Shown here piece by piece: positions 1-9,242 of a DNA stretch of 61,557 bases. Origin of the DNA: a virus (lineage: Duplodnaviria; Caudoviricetes). Every line of letters begins with the position of its first letter. Within the stretch, counting starts at the first letter, position 1. The translations under genes were made by a program, and so were the position numbers. The notes under the pieces were generated by a model that saw only the letters and a list, made by a program, of their open reading frames with translations, made no database searches and was not told the DNA's origin. The DNA lies in IMG/VR virus record IMGVR_UViG_3300014165_000002, positions 1 to 61,557 of that record; one strand, 5' to 3'.

Positions 1-191
1 CATGCTTCCGGGCTTCGCACGAGATGAAATGCGCCAGGCGCGCGTTGTGTCCCTTCTACGGCGTTAGCGACTGGACCGACGTGACGGACGCCTGCGATTG
101 GCTCCGCGTCGAGGCAGAGATTGGGGTTTGGGCGCGCACATGGCGCGAGCATATCGACGCCAGTTGGCGCAGGAGTGCATAGGAGACGGTA

Positions 192-491
192 ATGGGAAAT
201 TCATACACGATGCGACACGGTTATGCTTCGATCTTGGATCCGTCGTGCATCTTCGCGGAGAAATCGCACGCCGTCAGTCACGATCTTGAGCGCGCTATTT
301 CGTTGGCGAGCATTGTTTCGGGCGATACTCTACGAGCAGTCGCCAATGGTGCGGAAAATGAAACTCAATTGCTCGCCGCTCTTCGCTGGATCGTCGGCGC
401 TGCGGAAGATGCGGCGAGCGAGAAGTTCTATGCTGAATATCAGGCGAAACAACTAGCCGAGAAGGAGACCAAGACCGATGGCGATTCGTGA
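192..491 (+). CDS. Hypothetical phage protein
   Basis: 99-aa ORF preceded by AGGAG; overlaps the next ORF. Confidence 0.6.
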   Translation: MGNSYTMRHGYASILDPSCIFAEKSHAVSHDLERAISLASIVSGDTLRAVANGAENETQLLAALRWIVGAAEDAASEKFYAEYQAKQLAEKETKTDGDS

Positions 492-849
492 AGAACTGCG
501 CTTCATCACAGACGATGGCACGGAGCACAAAACCATGGCCGAAGCCCAAGCGCACGAAGAGGTGACGATTTACGATCAGCTCGTCAAGACGCTCGGCGGC
601 GGCGATATGTTCGAAAATCCCATGTCCGCGACGGCGCAAGCCCTCGAACGGATCGGATTGGAAATCCGCAACGCTCGCCTGCGCGCCGGCGGCTCGAAGC
701 GCCCGCGCAAGCCGGTCGACCCGGTGAAGACGGAAGAACTGCGCGCCGAGTTGCAGGCCGCTTGTGCTGGGGCGCCGGAAGACGACGAGCCCGAGACGAG
801 CAACATGGGCGAGACGGAGCCGTTGGCCGGCGAGGCTGACCCCTTTTAA
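478..849 (+). CDS. Hypothetical phage protein
   Basis: 123-aa ORF, AAGGAG upstream, acidic C-terminus ending DPF. Confidence 0.7.
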   Translation: MAIREELRFITDDGTEHKTMAEAQAHEEVTIYDQLVKTLGGGDMFENPMSATAQALERIGLEIRNARLRAGGSKRPRKPVDPVKTEELRAELQAACAGAPEDDEPETSNMGETEPLAGEADPF

Positions 850-860
850 GCGAGGAACAC

Positions 861-1163
861 ATGACCGAAGAAGCACAACAAGGTGACGGCTGGGAATGGG
901 CGCGCGTCGAGATATTTGGCCACCGCGTTCATTGTGGGCGCACACGCGAGGAAGAACGATTCGGGGCCAAGATGATTCGCATCGACATTCCTCTCAAGGG
1001 CGATCCTGCGGCGAACGGATGGGAGACTGTCTACTATGGCGGCTCTTCGATTTTCAGCTTCGCGTTGATTACCGAGGCTGCCGCCATAAAGGAAAACAGG
1101 CCTTGGGACTCGCCTGCGCGTCTGGCCTACGAGCCGTTCGATGACGAAGAGGGAAGCATCTGA
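861..1163 (+). CDS. Conserved hypothetical phage protein
   Basis: GAGG RBS; motif WARVEIFGHR..GR.REEERFGAKMIRIDIP, which I recall from small phage proteins. Confidence 0.7.
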   Translation: MTEEAQQGDGWEWARVEIFGHRVHCGRTREEERFGAKMIRIDIPLKGDPAANGWETVYYGGSSIFSFALITEAAAIKENRPWDSPARLAYEPFDDEEGSI

Positions 1164-1945
1164 TGGTTATGGAAGAGAACCCGCGCGCCGTCATCGGCGC
1201 GAACAACCCGCCGACGGAGCCGCAGGAGATCGAGGACGCCCGCAGCGCCGTCAAGCATCTGAAAGCGTGGCTCCAAGAAAACCCGGTCATCACGACCGAG
1301 GACGAATATCGCGCCGCGAACGATCAGCGGGCCATTTTCGTCAAATCCCAGAAAGCGCTCGACGAAGCGCGCGAGCGGGAAACGAAGCCTATCCACGAGA
1401 TGTGGAAAGCCAAGATCGCCTATTTCAAGAAGCCGCAGGACGTGATGGCGAGCGTGCTCGAAATCCTCGTCAAGCAGCGCATGGAACCTTTCGCCAAGGC
1501 CGAGCGCGAGCGCAAATTGCGCGAGGCCGAAGAGAAGCGCAGAGCCGCCGAGGAAGCCGAGCGCATCGCCCGCGAGAAGGAAGCGGCCGAGCAAAGGGCG
1601 ATCGAGGATGCCGCCGTTGGCTCCTGCGAGGATGTCGCTGGCGCCACGCTGCAAGCCGATGCGGCGTTTGACGAATTTGCCTATGCCGCGCGTCAGGCCG
1701 CTCGCGCCGAGAAGGATGCGACCAAGGGCGTGCGAAGTCGGTTCGCCGATAAGGCGACGAATTTGAGGACCAGGGAAATTCTCACGCTGCAATCGGCGCA
1801 CAACGTCCTTGTCGACGTGCTGGCGACGGACGGCGTTCTTCCCGATGGGCTGCGCGAGGCATTTCTTTCAGCGGCGCGCGCGTTCAGGACGAAACACGGG
1901 CGTCTGCCGAACGGCGTCGAGAGAACAGCGGAACAGGTGCTTTGA
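1163..1945 (+). CDS. Coiled-coil protein of the recombination module
   Basis: 260 aa, N-terminal IGANNPP, E/R/A/K-rich helix; TGATG coupling; lies just upstream of ERF. Confidence 0.75.
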   Translation: MVMEENPRAVIGANNPPTEPQEIEDARSAVKHLKAWLQENPVITTEDEYRAANDQRAIFVKSQKALDEARERETKPIHEMWKAKIAYFKKPQDVMASVLEILVKQRMEPFAKAERERKLREAEEKRRAAEEAERIAREKEAAEQRAIEDAAVGSCEDVAGATLQADAAFDEFAYAARQAARAEKDATKGVRSRFADKATNLRTREILTLQSAHNVLVDVLATDGVLPDGLREAFLSAARAFRTKHGRLPNGVERTAEQVL

Positions 1946-2847
1946 TGGGCAACGGCGACGACACTTTCAGCGATCAGCAGCAATGGGCGGAACATCTTGC
2001 GAAGGCGGCGAGGATCGCGGCTGGCGAGGCGGCGGCTGCCGTGTTGGCTTCACCGCCGGCACCACCTTATCCGCCTGCGCCGCCGCCAGAGATCGCCAAG
2101 GCCATCGTCGAGGTCGAGGGGAAGATCAAGCGGCTCGCCAAGGACGACAGGAACAAATTCCAGAATTATAAGTTCACGAGCGTCGACGCCTTCTACGAGG
2201 CGGTCGGCCCATTGATGGCGGAAGCGAAAATCTTTTCGTTCCCGCATCAAGTGAACAAAGACGTGTCAGAGCAATCCAGCACGGATGACCGCGGCGTCTC
2301 GAAGAAGTCGATGTGGCTTTCGATGGATTTCGACATCTTCATTTATCACGAGACCGGCGCGGCCTGGGGGCCATTCCGCCGCTCGATGCGCGTCCCGGCG
2401 AGCGGTGCGCAAGCATTTGGATCGTCCGACTCCTATGTCCAGAAGCAGTACTTGCGGACCTTGTTCAAGATCCCGACCGGCGACGCAGATGACGCGGACC
2501 ATTATGAGCAACGCGGGTTGCCGGCGTCTGGTAAGTCTGAAGACGGAAAATCCGCGCGAGAGAAGGAGTTCGACCGCCAGTCCAAGGAGGACAGTGACCG
2601 CTTCATTGCTCAGATCAAAGCCATCGACACCCTCAAGGAGTTGATGGCTTGGGACGAAAGGCAAGAACGTTCTGGCGCCAGCAAGCGCTTGGCGAAGGAA
2701 GATTTCGAGGCAGTCGGCACCGTCTTCGTCGCGCATCGGGACGCCCTTTACGAGGCGTCGATGCAGAAGGGGCCGAAGGACGCAGCCAAAGAGCCGCCCA
2801 AGGAAGACGCCGCTCGGCCGGCGTCGGCGGACGAGGCTGGGTTCTGA
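1942..2847 (+). CDS. erf: ERF-family single-strand annealing protein
   Basis: NKFQNYKFTSVD and GAQAFGSSDSYVQKQYLRTLFKIPTGDADDAD match ERF family motifs. Confidence 0.85.
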   Translation: MMGNGDDTFSDQQQWAEHLAKAARIAAGEAAAAVLASPPAPPYPPAPPPEIAKAIVEVEGKIKRLAKDDRNKFQNYKFTSVDAFYEAVGPLMAEAKIFSFPHQVNKDVSEQSSTDDRGVSKKSMWLSMDFDIFIYHETGAAWGPFRRSMRVPASGAQAFGSSDSYVQKQYLRTLFKIPTGDADDADHYEQRGLPASGKSEDGKSAREKEFDRQSKEDSDRFIAQIKAIDTLKELMAWDERQERSGASKRLAKEDFEAVGTVFVAHRDALYEASMQKGPKDAAKEPPKEDAARPASADEAGF

Positions 2848-2986
2848 GGCGCGCGCGCCTCGTGGCGTTGGTGGCGGCTCTTGCCGCCTCCCTCGCTGGA
2901 AACCATTTCGTCTCGGGAATAGTGGCCTTTATCTGGCTCGCGGGCGCCGGGGCGATCATCTTCCTTTGGGCAACAGGACGTCGCAA

Positions 2987-3262
2987 ATGAAAATCCGAAC
3001 CACCAATATTATCATCCTTGGCGTGGCCGCGCTGGCCAGCCTCGCGATTTTCTCAATCCCAAGGAAAGCGCCAAAGCCAGACCCGGCTATGGAGCCTTTT
3101 ATCAAAATCACCTTCGGCCGCGCGGGAGATCATTTTGATTTAAAATACATTCCCGAAGAACCCAACGTCGGGGATGTGTTTGATTTTGTCGTCAGCCGCA
3201 AGGACGGCTGCGCCAAGGACGACACGGATTGCACGATTAACCTTGTGCTCGTGAAAAGGTGA
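2987..3262 (+). CDS. Small membrane-anchored hypothetical protein
   Basis: Hydrophobic N-terminal helix IIILGVAALASLAIFSI. Confidence 0.55.
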   Translation: MKIRTTNIIILGVAALASLAIFSIPRKAPKPDPAMEPFIKITFGRAGDHFDLKYIPEEPNVGDVFDFVVSRKDGCAKDDTDCTINLVLVKR

Positions 3263-3266
3263 CTAA

Positions 3267-3713
3267 ATGTCAGACGCCGAGCCCATGATGTGGCGTCGCT
3301 CCGGGACAACAATGGTCCCGGAGAACGACATTGCTCGAGCGGCGGTGCATAATCTTGCCGAGGGCGTGACTTACATCGCGTCATGGCCGTTCAAGGGGAA
3401 GCGCAACATAAAGCAGCTTCGCGCGTGGTGGAGCCTCTGCCACATCATGCACGAGCACGACCTGTTCCCGACCGCCCAGGCCGCACACATCGCGCTCAAG
3501 ATCGCCTGCGGCCACGTCGACATGCACGTCATGCCCGACACGGGAGAGTGCGTCATCGTCCCGCGGTCGATCGCCTTCGAGTCGCTGCCCCAGGCAGACT
3601 GGCGGCCGATCTTTCGAGCCGCGCTCCATGTCATCGTCGAGCGCTGGATGCCGGGCGTTACGATCAAGGAACTGCTCGACGAGGCAAAGGCGAGATCAGG
3701 AGTTGAGGAATGA
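3267..3713 (+). CDS. DUF1367/NinB-like recombination-associated protein
   Basis: RNIKQLRAWW...LKIACGH...PRSIAFESL pattern. Confidence 0.65.
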   Translation: MSDAEPMMWRRSGTTMVPENDIARAAVHNLAEGVTYIASWPFKGKRNIKQLRAWWSLCHIMHEHDLFPTAQAAHIALKIACGHVDMHVMPDTGECVIVPRSIAFESLPQADWRPIFRAALHVIVERWMPGVTIKELLDEAKARSGVEE

Positions 3714-3910
3714 CAGACGAAGCTGAGAAGCTGGAAAAAGCCATCGCCGAGGCAAAGCTTTTCCCGCCAGAATACGAACAGGACTCAGCTTGTCCACAAT
3801 GCGGTGGACCCACCGATGATGGATTTGGCCTCGCGGGCGGCGGCTATGGTGTCTACACATATTGCCCATCGTGCGGAATTATTACGAGCAAAACTCAGGT
3901 CGAGGAATGA
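3710..3910 (+). CDS. Small zinc-ribbon protein
   Basis: CPQC and CPSC pairs; ATGA coupling. Confidence 0.6.
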   Translation: MTDEAEKLEKAIAEAKLFPPEYEQDSACPQCGGPTDDGFGLAGGGYGVYTYCPSCGIITSKTQVEE

Positions 3911-4041
3911 CCCGCCGCACTCGCCGCGAATTCGACGCTAAAACAAAAGCGGAGATCAAGCACCGCTGCAAGCGCGCGACTCTGCGCTGCAACTGTTCAA
4001 AGAATTCAAAGGAACTTGGGCAACTAAGGCTATTCGGATGA
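3907..4041 (+). pseudogene. Truncated HNH-like N-terminal remnant (44 aa)
   Basis: MTRRTRREFDAKTK...RC resembles the start of small phage HNH proteins, but no HNH core follows. Confidence 0.35.
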
Positions 4042-4490
4042 CCAAGACCCCACACATAGCCCCAGTCATAGGAAGGTCCGTGACCGAATGGATCGGCGCG
4101 AATCCAGACGCCCGACCGCCCAATGCCGTCTTGCTGCGCATCCTGCGGCGATTCGCCTACCGATGCCATATATCTGGCCGCGAGATCACGGATGGAACGC
4201 CGTGGGAGGCCGAACACATCAAGCCGCTATGGGCGGGAGGCATGAACCGGGAGAGCAATCTGGCTCCCGCACTAGTCGATCCTCACAAGGTCAAAACAGC
4301 CGAAGAGGCTGGTCGGAGATCCAAAGCCGATCGGCAGGCAGGAAAAGCCTTCATCCGCCAGAAACCCACCGGCGCCAACAAACTTCAAGGCCGGGACTTC
4401 CCGAAATTCGAGAAGCCGCGCCGCGGCGTGGACAAATCCGCCCTCCCGCCGCTACCAAGGATCGACCCAATGACGAGGAAACCGATATGA
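4038..4490 (+). CDS. HNH endonuclease
   Basis: CHISG...WEAEHIKPLWAGGMNRESNLAP...H. Confidence 0.8.
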   Translation: MTKTPHIAPVIGRSVTEWIGANPDARPPNAVLLRILRRFAYRCHISGREITDGTPWEAEHIKPLWAGGMNRESNLAPALVDPHKVKTAEEAGRRSKADRQAGKAFIRQKPTGANKLQGRDFPKFEKPRRGVDKSALPPLPRIDPMTRKPI

Positions 4491-5221
4491 CCGACGCCAG
4501 CAAGACTACCGATGTCCGCGCGGAAACAGCCGAGTCCGCCCTCGCTGCCGAGCGGGAGCGCGCGGACAAGGCAGAGCGGGAGCGGGACGCCGCCATCTCA
4601 GCACTTTCGGCGATCGTTCATTGTCAGTCTTCGGTCACGCGTTCCGCTCTTCGTGAGGCTGCGGCGGATGCGCTTCGGTCGATTGGCGTCCGACCGAATG
4701 ACTACCCGGATCAATCGCCTTTCGTAGCACGCGCGAACGAGATGCGCGCCGATCGCGACGCGATCGATTTCCCTGCCGCCCTCGCCGCAGCGCAGGCCGA
4801 CATGCGGGCGAGATCTGCGGAAGTGGCGCAGAACGCCTTTCACATGGAAGAATTTTCGCCAGGATGCGAGGTAAAAGTATCTGAACATCACAGCGAAATC
4901 GCCGACGCCATCCTCGCGCTTCCGATCTCCGGCGACGATGCGCTGGCGAAAGCGCGCAAGGCCGCAAGGCGGGAAGCGTTCGAAGAAGCGGCGATTCGAG
5001 TTGAGGCAATGGGCATGTCTGAGTTTTACGGGCTTGACGGCTCAAAATGCCAAGACAATGTCGCACCGCCATCCGCGCTCTCGGCGAGAAGGAGCAAGCC
5101 TGATGGAACTATTCGCTGCCATAGGCTGAGCGAGCGATTCCGCGTGATCCGCGAGAAATTGCATGTCGCGACGAATGAGGATGCGGTCGCTGCAATTGGA
5201 TTGGATAGCATCGATGGGTGA
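4487..5221 (+). CDS. Hypothetical protein (ead/Ea22-like accessory region, probably mosaic)
   Basis: ATGA-coupled start at 4487; coiled-coil AERERDAA. Confidence 0.55.
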   Translation: MTDASKTTDVRAETAESALAAERERADKAERERDAAISALSAIVHCQSSVTRSALREAAADALRSIGVRPNDYPDQSPFVARANEMRADRDAIDFPAALAAAQADMRARSAEVAQNAFHMEEFSPGCEVKVSEHHSEIADAILALPISGDDALAKARKAARREAFEEAAIRVEAMGMSEFYGLDGSKCQDNVAPPSALSARRSKPDGTIRCHRLSERFRVIREKLHVATNEDAVAAIGLDSIDG

Positions 5222-5384
5222 CAAAACAAAAATATCCTGGACGGATAAAACTTTCAATCCGGTCATCGGCTGCCAGAAGGTCGGGCCCGGCTGCGATCAC
5301 TGCTACGCGGAAGCGTGGGACAAGCGCATCGGCAACGCGCGCGCCAACATCGACAGCGACAAAACGAAGGAAATCGCACGATGA
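5214..5384 (+). pseudogene. Truncated DUF5131 (Gp37/Gp68) protein
   Basis: MGDKTKISWTDKTFNPVIGCQKVGPGCDHCYAE is the family N-terminus with CxxxxxxCxxC; the ORF ends after 56 aa. Confidence 0.8.
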
Positions 5385-5836
5385 TCACAAATGCAGAGCT
5401 TGAAGCCGCAGTATCGGCTTTCCAAAAATACGACTCCTTGGACGATTTATCAATCATCCTTGGGCACGTGCTCAAGGCAGCCGAAGCCGCGCGAAAAAAT
5501 GAAACGCGAAGTGAGGACGCCATCATCGGCACGCTGTCACGCGAGGGCAGCATGACCCACGATCTTTCCACCCTCCGCGCTCTCCTGGCGCGGTGCGAAG
5601 CCGCTACGGGGGCGGATGCGGTCGCGCTGATAGAGCGCGTGCTGCCGGGGGCGAGCGGATGGATACTCGGTAAAGGCAAGCTTTCCGAGATTGAACCGCC
5701 CTACGGAGTCCGCATCTATCAGGATTTGGCCGGAGAAATCTTGCTAGGCGAGGCAGAGGCGAACACGTTGCCCCTCGCCCTTCTCTGCGCCCTTCTCCGC
5801 GCGTTGATCGCGGAAGAGGAGCGCGCCGATGGATGA
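5381..5836 (+). CDS. Hypothetical protein (apparent fusion with an internal deletion)
   Basis: ATGA-coupled start; internal second start at 5552 with GAGGG RBS; C-terminal TLPLALLCALLRAL. Confidence 0.55.
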   Translation: MITNAELEAAVSAFQKYDSLDDLSIILGHVLKAAEAARKNETRSEDAIIGTLSREGSMTHDLSTLRALLARCEAATGADAVALIERVLPGASGWILGKGKLSEIEPPYGVRIYQDLAGEILLGEAEANTLPLALLCALLRALIAEEERADG

Positions 5837-6092
5837 CCTTCGCGTTTCCGCCCGCTGGCGATGGCTTGTCGCGAACCGAATCTGGATCACCAGGGGTTGC
5901 TACGGATTTGGCCAACCTCACGGAGATACCAAGGGCGACAAAGCGTTGATGGATAGAATGATACGGCGCGGGCACGTCGAAGTAAGCGAGGGTGGTGGCA
6001 TGTATCGCCTCACTGGACTTGGGAGACGCGCGCTTGGGTTGGAATCAATCGAGGAGGAGAGCGCATGGCCGTCACCCGTCGCCAAGCCCTGA
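5829..6092 (+). CDS. Hypothetical protein, winged-helix-like C-terminus
   Basis: MIRRGHVEV...YRLTGLGRRAL. Confidence 0.5.
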   Translation: MDDLRVSARWRWLVANRIWITRGCYGFGQPHGDTKGDKALMDRMIRRGHVEVSEGGGMYRLTGLGRRALGLESIEEESAWPSPVAKP

Positions 6093-6688
6093 AGTGCATG
6101 GCCGTTAGTCTGGCCGCGGCCGCGGCGCCGCCCGCATTGTCGCTCGCGCCCGAAGAAATCGCCGCGTCTGCGCCCTTGCTGCCTGCCTGGACCGTCGGCA
6201 CGATCGGCGAATATGACTGGCAGTGCATCCGCGCGCCAGACGCTCAATCAGCCATCCTTGAGTATTTGGAAAACGAAACGGGCTGGCGTGCATGTATCGA
6301 GGCCAATGTCGAGATTGCTGGCGCAAGCGAATGCGAGTGCGATTTCTGTATCGCGCGACGCAGGCTTGATGTGAAACGAGTGGAGGCATTCGACGCGATC
6401 GTAAATCCAACGCGCCTCGATTGGTTAGAAGCGGGGCTGGGAAAGCTGTGCGAGCGTTGCGATTATGAGGTCGACAATTCGAGCGCCGAGGTCGTAGACG
6501 GCGACGTCGTCTGCCACGACTGCATGACGCTCGCCGATTGGCGCATCGCCGATCCTGAGCGCGCGGCCGAAATGGAGAGCGAACGCGCGTCATTTGAGCG
6601 CGCTCTTGACCCATTCGGGGACGCCGTGGACGGCGATCCAGCCGATGAGGCCGAAGGCCGCCACCACACCGGCGCCGATCCGCGATAG
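6065..6688 (+). CDS. Cys-rich hypothetical protein with a twin-arginine-like N-terminus
   Basis: GGAG RBS; TRRQALK plus hydrophobic stretch; CECDFC, CERC, CHDC. Confidence 0.65.
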   Translation: MAVTRRQALKCMAVSLAAAAAPPALSLAPEEIAASAPLLPAWTVGTIGEYDWQCIRAPDAQSAILEYLENETGWRACIEANVEIAGASECECDFCIARRRLDVKRVEAFDAIVNPTRLDWLEAGLGKLCERCDYEVDNSSAEVVDGDVVCHDCMTLADWRIADPERAAEMESERASFERALDPFGDAVDGDPADEAEGRHHTGADPR

Positions 6689-6862
6689 CGCCCAGACGGC
6701 CCCCGTCGCTTGATCTCGGCCGCTCCTCAGCGCATCGAGCTTTTCGTTGATCTCGTCGAGCCGCCTGAAGATGACTTTTTCGATTTCTTCTTCGCGTCGT
6801 TCATGCGCCGCCATCCGGCCGAACAGCTCGCCTATGTCCTTGAAACAGTCGTCGGTAGGCAT
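6590..6862 (-). CDS. Lysis-module membrane protein (coiled coil plus C-terminal TM helix)
   Basis: RRLDEINEKLDAL then a TM segment; last gene of the late operon. Confidence 0.6.
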   Translation of the reverse strand: MPTDDCFKDIGELFGRMAAHERREEEIEKVIFRRLDEINEKLDALRSGRDQATGAVWALSRIGAGVVAAFGLIGWIAVHGVPEWVKSALK

Positions 6863-6941
6863 GAGGCGGTCTCTAGGTCGGGCGGCGCCGCGAGCGCGCT
6901 GATAGGGGCGGCGCCGCGCGGCCGTGTTCGCCCGGCATAGG

Positions 6942-7196
6942 TTATCCCTTCACAAGGGGGCCGGCCTTATCGCTCGAATAGCTGTGCAGCCAGCCGTTGA
7001 CGACGCTGCTCCCGAGCAGGGCCTCACCCAGGCCCTTCAGCCATTCGGCTTGGGCCTGGGTGATGACGGACCAATCATGCGGGAAGGGGGCCGGAAGCCC
7101 AGCTTGGGCGACATAGATCACGAAAACCGCCACGGCCGCGGCAACGACGTTTGTGTTTGCGGAGACGATCGGCGAGATCGAATCGGGAAGCTTCAT
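6942..7196 (-). CDS. Putative holin
   Basis: 84 aa with about two hydrophobic segments, downstream of the endolysin. Confidence 0.5.
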   Translation of the reverse strand: MKLPDSISPIVSANTNVVAAAVAVFVIYVAQAGLPAPFPHDWSVITQAQAEWLKGLGEALLGSSVVNGWLHSYSSDKAGPLVKG

Positions 7197-7284
7197 TTCT
7201 TTCGTGCCCCTTGCTGTAGGAGAAACCTTAAAACCAGATGCGCCACGGCCGCCACCAGTAGCGCCTCTCTCATGCGCTGAAATC

Positions 7285-7413
7285 TCACCCGAAGGGGCAT
7301 AGATCGTCGAGATCGGCCATAAACCGATCCTTGAGCAGAAGCATCGCGAGAACCGCGCTGCAATAGGTGAATGGGAAGTAGTCGACCGCCAGGATGTGGG
7401 TCAGTTCAGCCAT
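7285..7413 (-). CDS. Small hydrophobic protein in the lysis cassette
   Basis: GGAGG RBS; MAELTHILAV...; overlaps the lysin stop. Confidence 0.4.
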   Translation of the reverse strand: MAELTHILAVDYFPFTYCSAVLAMLLLKDRFMADLDDLCPFG

Positions 7414-7882
7414 TTGCGCCTCCCGCCAGCTTGAGAGCGAGGGCGTGGCACGCGGTCTCGCGCGCCGCCCAGCCTCGCCCGAAATACGACCAGATCGCCA
7501 GGCGCTTCCAGAAGCCCAGGCGCAGTGCATGGAGATCGTTGATTCGGTCGATCGGACGCATGTTGCGCGTCTCGTTCTCCCATTCTTCGGCGCGGCCCGG
7601 TCCGTTGTTCACGGCGATGTCGAAAAGGAGGACGTCGACGCCGGCCGGAAGGGCATCGGCGTTGATGAGGTTCCAGTATTTCTTGCGATAAATCAAGGAA
7701 ACTGTCGCGGGGGAGATGTTGCGCAGTTCGGTCAGCGTCGCCATGCGGCCGAGTTCGTGGGACAGCGTCGCCCGGGTGATACCCTTCTCCGTGGCTCCGC
7801 CCGGATCTTTGGGATTGTTCGACCAGCCGCCTTCGTATTGCAGGGTGAAGGGAAGGGCGTATCTGTCGAAATTTTCCTGCAT
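7406..7882 (-). CDS. Endolysin, glycoside hydrolase family 108
   Basis: EGGWSNNPKDPGGATEKGIT, YRKKYW, LPAGVD..LFDIAVNNG, FGRGW. Confidence 0.92.
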   Translation of the reverse strand: MQENFDRYALPFTLQYEGGWSNNPKDPGGATEKGITRATLSHELGRMATLTELRNISPATVSLIYRKKYWNLINADALPAGVDVLLFDIAVNNGPGRAEEWENETRNMRPIDRINDLHALRLGFWKRLAIWSYFGRGWAARETACHALALKLAGGANG

Positions 7883-7897
7883 TTCCCCCACTCCTCC

Positions 7898-7934
7898 CAA
7901 AAAATGCCCCGCGCGGTTTTTGACGCACGGGGCA
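7898..7934 (-). terminator. Putative rho-independent terminator between the OMP gene and the lysin
   Basis: Minus strand reads TGCCCCGTGCG...CGCGCGGGGCA followed by a T run. Confidence 0.5.
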
Positions 7935-7984
7935 CGACGACTTCGATTTGAATCTACGGCACAGTCCGGCCTGCGGTCAATGAC

Positions 7985-9031
7985 TCAATTCGGCAATCCC
8001 GCCGCACTGAGCTGCGCCTTGATCGCACTCACCTGCGCCGTCGGGTTCAGGTTGCTCGTGACCAGACCGTTGATCGTGGCCAACGTCGATTGAGCCTTCG
8101 CGTTCAACGTCGCGACGTCTGCCGCGACGTTGCCCGTCGGTGCGAAGAGCGGCGCCCCATTCGATCCAGACAGAAGATTCGTGTGGAAGGTGACACCGAG
8201 GCTTACCTTCTCCTCCGCGAACCGCTTCTGCCCGAGATATTGCGTCTGCAGCCAGGAAATCGCGGCAGGCGTAGAGCCGTAGGCGAGCCCCGCGCCGGCG
8301 ACCGTGTGCGAACCGAAGTCCGCGTGGTCGTAGGCGAGACGCACGGAAATCCCCGGCATCGCCATCCAATCGATCCCTGCCGTCACATGCCACCCGGCCC
8401 AAGTCGATCCAGCCGCGCCGAAGCCGTTGGCGATCGCGAACGCCGAGCCCGAGAGGACCGAGCTCGAGGTCTTCAGCAGCGCCGGCCCCGCACCGATGTA
8501 AGGCAGAAGCGTCGGGGTGATCGCGAAGCCGAGCTTCCCGGTCAGATCGGCGCGCAGCGACCAGCCCGCGCCGATCTGCGCGACGGTCGGACCGACGCCC
8601 GGGATCTGCAGCGGGCCGGTCGGGAAGGTGACCGTCTTCTGATTGCCGCCGAGCGGCAGGTCAAGGCCAATCTCGACGCCGGGAACCCACAATCCGAACT
8701 GCTGATTGATGCCGACGAAGCCGGAAGCGACCGGGCCGCTGTTGTTGAGGGTGGCGTTGGCGCCGGACAGATAGCCGAACGGGGCGAAGACGGGAGCGCC
8801 CAGTGCGGAAAAGCCGGTCTGATAGGCCTGAAGCGCCATGTTGGGGTTTGAATCCCACGCGTAGCCGATCGATCCGCCGGCATAAACGCCCGACCAATTG
8901 CTACTCGCAGGGAGAAGCAGCGACGGCGCGCTTTTGGTCGATGGCAGGTCCGCCGCCAGGGACGGCGAAAACCCCAACACGGCGGCGGCGAGCCCCGTTG
9001 CGAGCGACAAGAAAATGGCGACGTTTCTCAT
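7985..9031 (-). CDS. Omp25/Omp31-like outer-membrane beta-barrel protein with a C-terminal extension
   Basis: Signal peptide then ADLP..K.AP, NWSGVYAGGSIGYAW, GKLGFA, GWHVTAGIDW, Y.HADFG. Confidence 0.85.
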   Translation of the reverse strand: MRNVAIFLSLATGLAAAVLGFSPSLAADLPSTKSAPSLLLPASSNWSGVYAGGSIGYAWDSNPNMALQAYQTGFSALGAPVFAPFGYLSGANATLNNSGPVASGFVGINQQFGLWVPGVEIGLDLPLGGNQKTVTFPTGPLQIPGVGPTVAQIGAGWSLRADLTGKLGFAITPTLLPYIGAGPALLKTSSSVLSGSAFAIANGFGAAGSTWAGWHVTAGIDWMAMPGISVRLAYDHADFGSHTVAGAGLAYGSTPAAISWLQTQYLGQKRFAEEKVSLGVTFHTNLLSGSNGAPLFAPTGNVAADVATLNAKAQSTLATINGLVTSNLNPTAQVSAIKAQLSAAGLPN

Positions 9032-9242
9032 ATGATCCTCTCGGTTCGATGATCGACCACGGATGACGATAGCATAGGCGACTGTGTCTTTGGCGCCACA
9101 GTCACCAGGAAATCGTCAGTCCGCTCTGCGAATGATGCCGATCCGTAGGCGCGGCGCGCGCGGCGGGCGCGATGCGGCGGATGACGGCGGTCCAGTCGAT
9201 CATGGGGATGTCCTTCGTGCAAGGCGCGTCGCTGACGCGCGC

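Noticed and set aside
6880-6925. GGGCGGCGCCGCG direct repeat as a terminator or att site
   Set aside because: Short, GC-rich, no U-tract and no integrase in the window
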